A stretch of 64,000 bases of DNA from Eledone cirrhosa (taxonomy: Eukaryota), in NCBI GenBank assembly GCA_964016885.1, contig OZ024747.1, positions 77,810,001-77,874,000 on the forward strand. The letters run 5' to 3'. A program made the position numbers and the translations under genes. Of this stretch, positions 30,001 through 41,779 are shown in pieces (the stretch's first letter is position 1; every line of letters starts with the position of its first letter). The notes under the pieces were generated by a model that was not told the DNA's origin, made no database searches, and worked only from the letters and a program-made list of their open reading frames with translations.

Positions 30001-30145
30001 ACTGGAATAGTACTGGGTGTGTTGGAATCTGAACTAGTGTCACTGGAATAGTACTGGGTGTGTTGGAATCTGAACTAAAGTCACTGGAATAGTAGCAGGT
30101 GTTTTGGAATGTGAACTAAAGTCACTGGAATACTACCAGGTGTGT
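1..30145. repeat. Tandem satellite array, 41-bp monomer (ACTGGAATAGTACTGGGTGTGTTGGAATCTGAACTAGTGTC) with a 42-bp variant (...ATACTACCAAGGTGTG...); ~730 copies, continues beyond the left window edge
   Basis: Uninterrupted head-to-tail repeats (monomer starts at 1, 43, 84...). Ends abruptly at ~30145 (…TACTACCAGGTGTGT|AACAAC). Confidence 0.99.
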
Positions 30146-30247
30146 AACAACATGAGGTATTCATTACATTATTATCTTTATTATTCATGATTTGAAAAAT
30201 ACATAAAAAAGATTAAGGTGATGATACATCTAAGAGAACTGAATTAA

Positions 30248-30676
30248 CCCTTTCTTTGTGGATTGGCAGTATCGGTAGAGGGTCGGACGCCATGCTTTGC
30301 AGCAAAGAGTTACTTCCCTTTACGGACTGAGTTCAAATCCCGCCGAGGTTAACTTTGCCTTTCATCCTTACGGTGTCGATAAAATAAAGTACCAGTAATA
30401 CACTGGGATAATTGCTGACCCTGTGCCAAAAAGTAGAAACAATTATATTTCTAATTAAATACACTGTATTTCACTTAATTAATGAAAAATAGGGAAAGGG
30501 TGGTGTTACTAAAATTATTATTTCATTATTAGGATAGTATTTGTAACATAACTTAACAAAAAGTTCTTATATTAAATTATGTTGGAATATTTTAATTTAA
30601 ACAGGAACCCTTTAAAATGGGTGGTTTTGTTTCATTGATTTTGGTGGGGGGGGGGGGGATATTGGTATCAAAAGGG
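30248..30676. mobile_element. Non-autonomous TTAA-flanked (piggyBac-type) MITE, family 2, interrupted by a SINE
   Basis: TTAA|CCCTTT...AAAGGG|TTAA termini. Once the SINE is removed, it matches the reverse complement of the uninterrupted copy at 45965-46203. Confidence 0.8.
30258..30446 (+). mobile_element. tRNA-derived SINE (family A)
   Basis: A-box-like TGGCAGTATCGG, B-box GAGTTCAAATCC, conserved body TTGCCTTTCATCC...GATAAAATAAAGTACCAGT and tail GTGCCAAAAAGTAGAAACAATTA. About 10 copies occur in the window. Confidence 0.85.
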
Positions 30677-30936
30677 TTAACAAATGCTATACGTTTAAGA
30701 AATGCTGTGTAAAAAATGCCCTAACAAACTTATAGATTCTATCTTTGCTATTGTTTTTGAAGTGTTCCTCTGTCTATATTTCTAAGAAATATATCAACAT
30801 TAATGTATCATTCGGTGACAATTACACCAAGATGCGCTGCCTGTCACTTCCCCTACCCCTTTCTTTCTTTGATCCCCCATTTTCTATTTTTCTTCTTTCC
30901 ATTTCCTTTTTTGGTTTTTTCCTTTTTCTTTCCTTT

Positions 30937-31160
30937 AATAATTGTTTCTACAATAGGCACAAGGTCAGACATTTTTGGAGAAAGGTAAAGTTGATTAAAT
31001 CGACCCAGTCCGTGACTGGTACTTTATTTTATTGACCCCGTAAGGATGAAAGGCAAAGCTAACCTCTGCGAGATTTGAACTCAGATCATAAAGGTGTGAT
31101 GTAACTCTATGTCACAAAGCCTGTTGTCCGACGCTTTACTGATTCTGTCAATCCACGTGC
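30937..31160 (-). mobile_element. tRNA-derived SINE (family A)
   Basis: Reverse-complement copy (ACTGGTACTTTATTTTATTGACCCC...GGATGAAAGGCAAAG...GATTTGAACTC). Confidence 0.85.
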
Positions 31161-31434
31161 CTTGCTTTTATTAGATACTGTTCCATTTCTTTTAATGTAA
31201 TTTTTATGATTGCCATATTTCTTGACTGCCATAAAGTTTTAAATTTAGTAGCTAAGTCAGTATAATTTCTTAGTTTTCCAGCTCACCTCTGCCCCACCAC
31301 CATATTAAAGTTACTTAGTATCACTATATTGATAATCAATACTCTATTGTCAATATTGTCACGGGAAATTATGTCATATTTATTAGTTGTTATCTGGTGG
31401 TCTGTCTTTATGTTAAAGTTTCATGGCTGCTTTT

Positions 31435-31480
31435 ATTACTACTACTACTACTACTGTGGGTACTACGACTGCTGCTGCTG

Positions 31481-31551
<71 letters not shown>

Positions 31552-31560
31552 TCCATCACT
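31435..31560. repeat. (TAC)n/(TGC)n/(CAC)n compound trinucleotide microsatellite
   Basis: Seen directly; explains the poly-Y and poly-T ORFs. Confidence 0.95.
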
Positions 31561-31659
31561 ATTGAATCAATAATATCTTGTGTAGGATATGGGCTGTTCC
31601 TATTAGAGCTAGGGATAACCCATATTTTTACAAAAGTTTTAATTTTTTTTAACCAAGAA

Positions 31660-31780
31660 GATCATCAGGCTGGGGCTTATCCCAGTTTTATGTGGCATCA
31701 GTGACCGGGAGTATCAAGTGACCGGGAGTATAAAGTGACCGGGAGTATGAAACTCATCCCTGGACAGAAGGCCAGTCAAC
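31660..31780 (-). mobile_element. Nin/Deu-domain-like SINE fragment with a triplicated 17-bp unit (AGTGACCGGGAGTATnA)
   Basis: Reverse complement of the body at 32140-32220 (GCTTATCCCAGTTT..GTGGCAT..AGTGAC..CCCTGGACAG). Confidence 0.6.
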
Positions 31781-32029
31781 AAAACCCCTTCACTAGACCC
31801 CTGTCTAATGAAGAGGTTAAATAGAACGCCAGCAGCACAAGAAACGAGCTGTTAAAAGGTCTGATGAACTCCTCAGAGTCAATGACCATCCACCCCAACT
31901 AAGGGTTAAATAGCCACACCAACCTACAATTGGCCAAGCATGGTGAGTACAGTTACACCCCTGGTGTGACCACAACCAAACAGAATGCAGTGGAAGTCTA
32001 CCAGAGAAGGGTTCCTCCAACGAGTGAGA

Positions 32030-32256
32030 AGGCCCTGGATTGAGTTGTGTTCTTGAGCAAAACACTTCATTTCATGTTGCTCCAGTATATTCAGCCCAAA
32101 ATGAGTACCAGCAATACCTGGAAGTTTAACCCTGCAAAGGACTGACATCCTGTCCAGGGGGAACTCTTGTACTCTGTCACTTCATGCCACGGAAACTGAG
32201 ATAAGCACCGATCTGATGAGTCTCCAGGTTCGAGACAGACTTTAGACTTAGACTTA
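32030..32256 (+). mobile_element. SINE with Nin/Deu-like central domain and (TTAGAC)n tail
   Basis: TTCTTGAGCAAAACACTTCATTTCATGTTGCTCCAG head-adjacent region. GGACTGACATCCTGTCCAGGGGG...CTTCATGCCACGGAAACTGAGATAAGC resembles the Nin/Deu SINE domain as recalled. Confidence 0.65.
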
Positions 32257-32446
32257 GAGAATTATTGGCCTTGTGCCTAAATCAAAAATCATTATCTTAT
32301 ATGTATAATTACTCAATAACGTGGGCCAGATGATTTCTCTGAGAATTGTGGGAAAACAAAAAAATCAATGAATGAATCAATCAATCATCTTCCAGAATTG
32401 TGGCTACTGTAGTGAATAGAGAGAGCGTGGAAAGTGGACATTAAAT

Positions 32447-32466
32447 GAAGATGATGATGATGATGA

Positions 32467-32538
<72 letters not shown>

Positions 32539-32655
32539 GTAGTAAGAAACTCTCAGAAGAGCTGGACAGCAGGTCTTCAAAGAAGAAACCTCCCTTAAGA
32601 AGTGATTTGGCTGTGGCTGATATATATATATATTTATATATATTTTCGGCCTGGT

Positions 32656-32737
<82 letters not shown>
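32447..32737. repeat. (GAT)n and (TA)n microsatellites
   Basis: Seen directly. Confidence 0.95.
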
Positions 32738-32738
<1 letters not shown>

Positions 32739-32830
32739 CCAAAAGTTAAACAAGGTTCATTGATTAATCAATGAATATAGTTTTACAATAGATTAGAAGC
32801 ACTCAAGAAAGAAGTTTCCTGGAGTTATTA

Positions 32831-33243
<413 letters not shown>

Positions 33244-33410
33244 GGAGACTAACAACAAGAGAAAATTATTGATTTTCTTTATTTAGTCACACAACCCCAT
33301 TTGGTATAGGAAAAGCAGTGACTGGCAGAGTTGATTGATTGGCCTCTTGTAAATTATTGATTTTGCTCTGATTTATCACAAAACTGAATTACATTGAGTA
33401 AAGCATGCAG

Positions 33411-34752
33411 CCACATGTTCTACTGAATTAGGGCCAATGTGGGGTGACAACCACATGTTCTACTGAATTAGGGCCAATGTGGGGTGACAACCACATGTTC
33501 TACTGAATTAGGGCCAATGTGGGGTGACAACCACATGTTCTACTGAATTACGGCTAACATGTGGCTACAACAATATGTTTTACTGAGTTAGGGCTAACAT
33601 GTGGCTACAACAATATGTTTTACTGAGTTAGGGCTAACATGTGGCTACAACAATATGTTTTACTGAGTTAGGGCTAACATGTGGCTACAACCATATGTTT
33701 TATTGAATTAAGGCTAACATGTGGCTACAACCATATAGTTTACTCCTCAATTAGAGCTAACATGTGGCTACAATTATATGGTTTACTGAGTTAGGGCTAA
33801 CATGTGGCTACAACCATATCATCATCATCATTTTACGCCCGCTTTTCCCTGCTTGCAAGGGTGGGACGGGAACTGATTCTGGCTTGATTTCTACAGCTGG
33901 ATGCCCTTCCTAACACCAACCTCATTTACAGTGAGTGCTGGGTGCTTTTTTGCCGAGGCACCTCCACGATCACTTTGCAGTGGAATAATAGGGACCCCAG
34001 TCCCTATTATCTCATTTCTACAGCTGAGTAAACTGGAGCAATGTGAAATAAAGTGTCTTGCTCAAGGAAACAACACATCACTCGGTCTGAGAATTGAACT
34101 CACAACCTTTCGATTGCAAGGCCAATCCTCTAACCATTAAGCCATGTGCCTCCATATGGTTTACTGAATTAGGGCTAACATGTGGCTACAACCATATGAT
34201 TTACTGAGTTAGGGCTAACATGTGGTTACAACCATATGGTTTACTGAATTAGGGCTAACATGTGGCTACAACCATATGATTTACTGAGTTAGGGCTAACA
34301 TGTGGTTACAACCATATGTTTTACTGAGTTAGGGCTAACATGTGGCTACAACCATATGATTTACTGAGTTAGGGCTAACATGTGGCTACAACCATATGTT
34401 TTACTGAGTTAGGGCTAACATGTGGTTACAAACATATGGTTTACTGAGTTAGGGCTAACATGTGGCTACAACCATATGATTTACTGAGTTAGGGCTAACA
34501 TGTGGTTACAACCATATGGTTTACTGAGTTAGGGCTAACATGTGGCTACAACCATATGATTTACTGAGTTAGGGCTAACATGTGGTTACAACCATATGTT
34601 TTACTGAGTTAGGGCTAACATGTGGCTACAACAATATGTTTTACTGAGTTAGGGCTAACATGTGGCTACAACCATATGGTTCACTCCTCAATTAGGGCGA
34701 ACATGAGGCTATAACCATATGTTTTACTGAGTTAGGGCTAACATGTGGCTAC
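33411..34752. repeat. 40-bp minisatellite (TTAGGGCTAACATGTGGCTACAACCATATGTTTTACTGAG), interrupted by a SINE
   Basis: About 25 tandem units; the first three are a diverged variant. Confidence 0.95.
33820..34151 (-). mobile_element. tRNA-derived SINE (family B) with (GAT)n tail
   Basis: Reverse tRNA-like head (AAGTGTCTTGCTCAAGG...GAATTGAACTCACAACC...TAACCATTAAGCCATGTGCCT). (CAT)n lies at the left end. Flanked by CCATAT direct repeats. Confidence 0.85.
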
Positions 34753-35030
34753 TACTATATATTTTAATGAATATATACATATATTTGTGTATATATATAT
34801 TGTTAGCATCGAAATAGATGTTAAACGATGATGAGGATGATGACATATATATATTTGTGTGTGTGTATATATATATATTTGTGTGTGTGTATATATATAT
34901 ATTTGTATGTTTTACATTTGTGCTTATGTCCTGTAACATAGTAGTTCAACAGAAAGAGTTGATAAAATAAGTACAAGACTAGGAAAAATAAATACAATGG
35001 TTTTATATGACTGACTAAAAATCTCTTTAA

Positions 35031-38000
35031 CCCTTTAGCATTTACATTACTCTATATATACTATTGTATTTTCACAGTAAAGGCTTTACCTCACATAATA
35101 TCTCACATAGCATTTACATTACTTTATATTTACTATTGTATTTTCACAGTAAAGGCTTTACCTCACATAATATCTCACATAGCATTTACATTACTTTATA
35201 TTTACTATTGTATTTTCACAGTAAAGGCTTTACCTCACATAATATCTCACATAGCATTTACATTACTTTATATTTACTATTGTATTTTCACAGTAAAGGC
35301 TTTACCTCACATAATATCTCACATAGCATTTACATTACTTTATATTTACTATTGTATTTTCACAGTAAAGGCTTTACCTCACATAATATCTCACATAGCA
35401 TTTACATTACTTTATATTTACTATTGTATTTTCACAGTAAAGGCTTTACCTCACATAATATCTCACATAGCATTTACATTACTTTATATTTACTATTGTA
35501 TTTTCACAGTAAAGGCTTTACCTCACATAATATCTCACATAGCATTTACATTACTTTATATTTACTATTGTATTTTCACAGTAAAGGCTTTACCTCACAT
35601 AATATCTCACATAGCATTTACATTACTTTATATTTACTATTGTATTTTCACAGTAAAGGCTTTACCTCACATAATATCTCACATAGCATTTACATTACTT
35701 TATATTTACTATTGTATTTTCACAGTAAAGGCTTTACCTCACATAATATCTCACATAGCATTTACATTACTTTATATTTACTATTGTATTTTCACAGTAA
35801 AGGCTTTACCTCACATAATATCTCACATAGCATTTACATTACTTTATATTTACTATTGTATTTTCACAGTAAAGGCTTTACCTCACATAATATCTCACAT
35901 AGCATTTACATTACTTTATATTTACTATTGTATTTTCACAGTAAAGGCTTTACCTCACATAATATCTCACATAGCATTTACATTACTCTATATATACTAT
36001 TGTATTTTCACAGTAAAGGCTTTACCTCACATAATATCTCACATAGCATTTACATTACTTTATATTTACTATTGTATTTTCACAGTAAAGGCTTTACCTC
36101 ACATAATATCTCACATAACATTTACATTACTTTATATTTACTATTGTATTTTCACAGTAAAGGCTTTACCTCACATAATATCTCACATAACATTTACATT
36201 ACTCTATATATACTATTGTATTTTCACAGTAAAGGCTTTACCTCACATAATATCCACATAACATTTACATTACTCTATATATACTATTGTATTTTCACAG
36301 TAAAGGCTTTACCTCACATAATATCCACATAACATTTACATTACTTTATATTTACTATTGTATTTTCACAGTAAAGGCTTTACCTCACATAATATCTCAC
36401 ATAGCATTTACATTACTTTATATTTACTATTGTATTTTCACAGTAAAGGCTTTACCTCACATAATATCTCACATAGCATTTACATTACTTTATATTTACT
36501 ATTGTATTTTCACAGTAAAGGCTTTACCTCACATAATATCTCACATAGCATTTACATTACTCTATATATACTATTGTATTTTCACAGTAAAGGCTTTACC
36601 TCACATAATATCTCACATAGCATTTACATTACTTTATATTTACTATTGTATTTTCACAGTAAAGGCTTTACCTCACATAATATCTCACATAACATTTACA
36701 TTACTTTATATTTACTATTGTATTTTCACAGTAAAGGCTTTACCTCACATAATATCTCACATAACATTTACATTACTCTATATATACTATTGTATTTTCA
36801 CAGTAAAGGCTTTACCTCACATAATATCCACATAACATTTACATTACTCTATATATACTATTGTATTTTCACAGTAAAGGCTTTACCTCACATAATATCC
36901 ACATAACATTTACATTACTTTATATTTACTATTGTATTTTCACAGTAAAGGCTTTACCTCACATAATATCTCACATAACATTTACATTACTTTATATTTA
37001 CTATTGTATTTTCACAGTAAAGGCTTTACCTCACATAATATCTCACATAACATTTACATTACTCTATATATACTATTGTATTTTCACAGTAAAGGCTTTA
37101 CCTCACATAATATCTCACATAACATTTACATTACTCTATATATACTATTGTATTTTCACAGTAAAGGCTTCATCTCACATAATATCCACATAACATTTAC
37201 ATTACTCTATATATACTATTGTATTTTCACAGTAAAGACATTACCTCACATAATATCTCACACATTTACATTACTTTATATTTACTATTGTATTTTCACA
37301 GTAAAGGCTTTACCTCACATAATATCTCACATAACATTTACATTACTCTATATATACTATTGTATTTTCACAGTAAAGGCTTTACCTCACATAATATCCA
37401 CATAACATTTACATTACTTTATATTTACTATTGTATTTTCACAGTAAAGGCTTCATCTCACATAATATCTCACATAACATTTACATTACTTTATATTTAC
37501 TATTGTATTTTCACAGTAAAGGCTTTACCTCACATAATATCTCACATAACATTTACATTACTCTATATATACTATTGTATTTTCACAGTAAAGGCTTTAC
37601 CTCACATAATATCTCACATAACATTTACATTACTCTATATATACTATTGTATTTTCACAGTAAAGACATTACCTCACATAATATCTCACACATTTACATT
37701 ACTTTATATTTACTATTGTATTTTCACAGTAAAGGCTTTACCTCACATAATATCTCACATAACATTTACATTACTCTATATATACTATTGTATTTTCACA
37801 GTAAAGGCTTTACCTCACATAATATCCACATAACATTTACATTACTTTATATTTACTATTGTATTTTCACAGTAAAGGCTTTACCTCACATAATATCTCA
37901 CATAACATTTACATTACTCTATATATACTATTGTATTTTCACAGTAAAGGATTTACCTCACATAATATCTCACATAACATTTACATTACTCTATATATAC

Positions 38001-38441
38001 TATTGTATTTTCACAGTAAAGGCTTTACCTCACATAATATCTCACATAACATTTACATTACTCTATATATACTATTGTATTTTCACAGTAAAGGCTTCAT
38101 CTCACATAATATCCACATAACATTTACATTACTCTATATATACTATTGTATTTTCACAGTAAAGACATTACCTCACATAATACCTCACACATTTACATTA
38201 CTTTATATTTACTATTGTATGTTTATGGTAAAGGCTTTACCTCACCTAATACCTCACATAATATCTCACATAACATTTACATTATATATACTATTGTATT
38301 TTTGTGGTAAAGGCTTTACCTCACATAATTATCTCATATAATATCGATTCTATGAGATTTTGATATTATTTATTTTGAGAACAATACCTTAACATCAGTA
38401 TGAGCAATCAGTTACAGCTAAAGGGTTTAAATGCTAAAGGG
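35031..38441. mobile_element. TTAA-flanked piggyBac-type MITE (family 1) expanded by an internal tandem array
   Basis: TTAA|CCCTTTAGCATTTA ... TAAATGCTAAAGGG|TTAA terminal inverted repeats with TTAA target duplication. Confidence 0.85.
35037..38335. repeat. 72-bp minisatellite (~46 units; 69-72-bp variants)
   Basis: Unit AGCATTTACATTACTTTATATTTACTATTGTATTTTCACAGTAAAGGCTTTACCTCACATAATATCTCACAT; homogeneous on the left, more diverged on the right. Confidence 0.97.
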
Positions 38442-38784
38442 TTAAGGCAGTGCTCCAGCTTGAACATAGTATAATAACTGAAACTAGTAAAAGATTATTT
38501 TATAAAACGTAAATGAATTTAAAAAAAAAACCTTCATGGATGTTTTACTGGTTGGAAGAGCAAGATATTCATCTCTGTTGAACTAATTATTATATGGCAG
38601 TGACTAGCTGACTAAACTGACCACTTCATAGAGGTATTAACATATATTTCATACCTATGGATGGAGGGAGGGAGGGACAATGTGTGGGAGTGTGGATGCT
38701 AATCCTTTGACTCACCTGATATCTCTGCCTCTTTACTCTTGTCATTTGTCACCTACACTCACACACATATCCATAAAGTTCTAT

Positions 38785-38922
38785 GTATGTGTATGCTTGT
38801 GCATGTATGTATATGTGTGTGTCTGTATGTGTTTGTGTATGTATGTGTATATGTGTGTGTATGCTTGTGTGGGCATGTGTCTATGTATGTGTATGTATGT
38901 GTGTGTGTGTGTGCGTGTGTGT
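38785..38922. repeat. (TG)/(TATG) low-complexity tract
   Basis: Seen directly. Confidence 0.9.
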
Positions 38923-38927
38923 ACGTA

Positions 38928-39045
38928 AGCAGTATAGCTAAATGGTTAAGTGGTTCTTTTCACAATCATTAGGTCCCAGGTCCAATCCCGCTGGGTGACA
39001 TCTTGAGGTGTCAGGTTCAATACCACAGGGTGACATCTTTGGGAC
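38928..39045 (+). mobile_element. Degenerate tRNA-SINE head (family B-like)
   Basis: TAGCTAAATGGTTAAG A-box-like, AGGTCCCAGGTCCAATCCC B-box-like, with a short duplicated segment. Confidence 0.5.
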
Positions 39046-39293
39046 CTGAGAATATGTACCCCCTTACACACATACCTATATGTACTGCAGCTATAACACT
39101 GGATGATGTGCCATCACTGAATTAAATCTATTCCCTATTTATGTTTGCCGTTACCCTATAATTGATTACTTAATCTTTGCAAGCTACACCTGATGATGTT
39201 GTCAGAAGTCTTAGTTTATAATTTGATGATGTAAGTAGGCCATAGAGATATGTATTGTGATGTTTGCAACATTAAAGGAACATTTCATATATA

Positions 39294-39400
39294 TGAAAGA
39301 GTTGGAACCCCGACGGCTGAGCTCTTGCTCTTTCAACAGCAAGTTCCGAACTAGCTGTTGAAATGGCAAGAACTCAGCTGTTAGGGTCCCAACTCTTTCA
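39294..39400. repeat. Imperfect 107-bp inverted repeat (hairpin)
   Basis: TGAAAGAGTTGGAACCCCGACGGCTGAGCTCTTGC..TTTCAACAGC pairs with GCTGTTGAAA..GCAAGAACTCAGCTGTTAGGGTCCCAACTCTTTCA. Confidence 0.85.
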
Positions 39401-40504
39401 CATTACCACACTCTACTACCCTAAGTATATAGTACTCTTGAGAGTAATGGTCTAACAGGTTTTTACTGCATCTATTTTGATATATATATATAGAGAGATA
39501 TATTCAAAAGAGGTGAGGGCACACAGGACAAAGGAAAGACAAAAGGAAAAATAATGGAACAGTCCTCTCTCATCAGTCAATCACTGCAGTTGATACTGTT
39601 ACAGAGTACATTGGGATGTAACAGGTAGATACAAAGACAGGAGACAAACCTTTTGGCAAATGACACAAATAAAGGCGTAAAAGTATCCCAAGTGTGTCAA
39701 CTCTCAAAGAAAGGAATGGTGAATGAGAGTTTTAGCCAAAGGAGAAAGAAGAGAAATAGAAAAACAGTAAAGAATAAGGACCGGAGTCCAATGTGCTGAA
39801 GAAGAATGACATTGAGGTGTAGAAAAGGTAAGAAGGGAGAATAGAGGAAGACAGATTGAACGGTGTGATGTCTATTTTATGATAGGTACAAATAAAAGAC
39901 TGCAACGTTACATGCTGTAAAGTGGTTAGTGATAAGAAGAGCATTCATCTGTAGAAAACTTGCCAAAGAATTGGAAGGACCCTTCAGTTGCGTCCAAGAT
40001 ATGACAACCTCTATTGTGCTGGTGCACTTGGTAGAATGTGTAACCCTCTGTGAAGTTGTAAATCCTTGGTCCATCTGAAAGCCCTGCTACAGTACTGACA
40101 TGGTCTGTGAAGATCCATCTAACCCTTGCAAGCAGGGAAAGGTTTTATGTATATATATATATTAGAAAAAAAAAATATATATATATCATCATCATCGTTT
40201 AACGTCCATCTTCCACGCTAGCATGGGTTTGGACGGGAATATTCCCACTTGAGGCAAGTTTGGTTGTCTTGCTCGTATAGGACTGTCTGGCGGGTTTTCT
40301 ACGGCTGGATGCCCTTCCTAATATATATATATATATACATAATCTATATATATATTTCTTCCATATTTACATATTTACCCGCACATGTGTATATACATAA
40401 ACATGGACAGATGTTATACGTATCTATCTAGATCCATATATACATACTCATATATAAACACACATCACATTTCCTCACGCACATTCATTCCTATAATAAA
40501 ATGA

Positions 40505-40529
<25 letters not shown>

Positions 40530-40536
<7 letters not shown>

Positions 40537-40607
40537 CGCAAAAATGTATACACATATTTATTAGAATGCTGTTGAAGCGTGTATACATGTTTTGTGGACA
40601 TCCTGTA
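40530..40607. mobile_element. Tiny Tc1/mariner-type MITE remnant in a TA/TG tract
   Basis: Inverted ends TGTGTCGCAAAAATGTATACAC / GTGTATACATGTTTTGTGGACATCCTG|TA. Confidence 0.55.
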
Positions 40608-40670
<63 letters not shown>

Positions 40671-40879
40671 GGTACACAAATCCTTATGTATATATACACA
40701 CATTATTTTCTACACGTATACACACCAGTTGTATAGATAGATTCCAATTCGGCTTAATATATCGAATAAATAAACCAGCTTGTTCATCTCAGAGAGAGAG
40801 AGAGAGAGAGAGAGTTATCAGCAGGTGTGTGTATATATATCATGTTGTGACTGGCATGTTGTGACTTACTCCAGGTGGT

Positions 40880-41500
40880 GCTGGTGGCTTATATCGTCTC
40901 TTTACATACTACACTTCTGGTCTTAACGTGGTTGCTGCCTGCCGAAAATATCAGCTCTGTCTTCCTCTCATGTTTTAGCAGAACCCCCGTCAATAATGGG
41001 GAAAAAAGAAAGAAGGATCTTTGAAATCTCTCACTGGTTTTTGTAGTCCTCGCACACACACATGCACATATATGTTTGAATTTACAAAAACGGGAGAAAA
41101 GGGAACTCAATACGTGTGTTTAATACAATGGTTGCTAGCAGTCGGGGGTTAAAACAAAAAAAGAAACTGAATGTTTGTTCGATGTGAGATTTGTTGATTA
41201 CCATTATTTCGATATTTGAGATTCGCAGAACAAGTGAGGTGTTTAATAAATGAAGATAAGAAGAAAAAGAAGACAAGAAGAGGGAAGGAAATTTACGAAC
41301 AAATTAGATGAAGATAATAAGTAGAGGAGGAGGAGGTAGAAAATACAAGGCGAGATATAAAGATAAAGAGAGAGAAAGAAAGAACGAACCAGGGAGACAG
41401 CATAATCTAATCGATAATATAATAAAAGCCAAAAAATCAACTTGATTCCAAGGTACACATTCAGTTAATTGACGGCAGTTCTCGTCTTTTGGACATTTGA
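40880..41500. promoter_or_regulatory. Putative promoter / 5' UTR region of the GRTP1-like gene (locally CpG-retaining)
   Basis: Unique sequence with more CpG than its flanks, immediately upstream of the ATG-containing exon. No TSS can be fixed from sequence alone. Confidence 0.4.
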
Positions 41501-41779
41501 TAATGGTATTTTCTTGACACACAAAACCTTTAGATTTCTCTCTCTCTGTATATAAAAATATATATATCGTTTCGTGTTTGGTTATCTTCTAGTTATATTT
41601 TATTAACCAGATGTTTTATATGAAGCAGAGTCTTCTTGCTCCGCCGTGAGAACATACATTTACACTACTACTACAAACGATTTTAATCGTGACTATTGGA
41701 TGCATATATTTTATATATTTCACTATATATATATATATAACGTCTGTCTATAAATATACGTTGTTTCCTCTTAGTTGCA

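Noticed and set aside
1-30145. CRISPR-like array
   Set aside because: There are no unique spacers and no cas genes, and the context is eukaryotic; these are plain head-to-tail monomers.
30258-30345. tRNA genes at A/B-box motifs
   Set aside because: They are heads of multi-copy SINEs with no intact cloverleaf.
30745-31035. 96-aa and 61-aa ORFs as exons
   Set aside because: They run into a pyrimidine tract and a SINE; no recognisable homology and no clear donor.
33411-34752. Telomeric repeats (one TTAGGG per unit)
   Set aside because: A single hexamer within a 40-bp unit is not a telomeric tract.
35064-38341. Long ORFs (up to 422 aa) of YFHSKGFTSHNISH repeats
   Set aside because: These come from the 72-bp MITE-derived array; frameshifting 69-71-bp units and TTG starts show no coding constraint.
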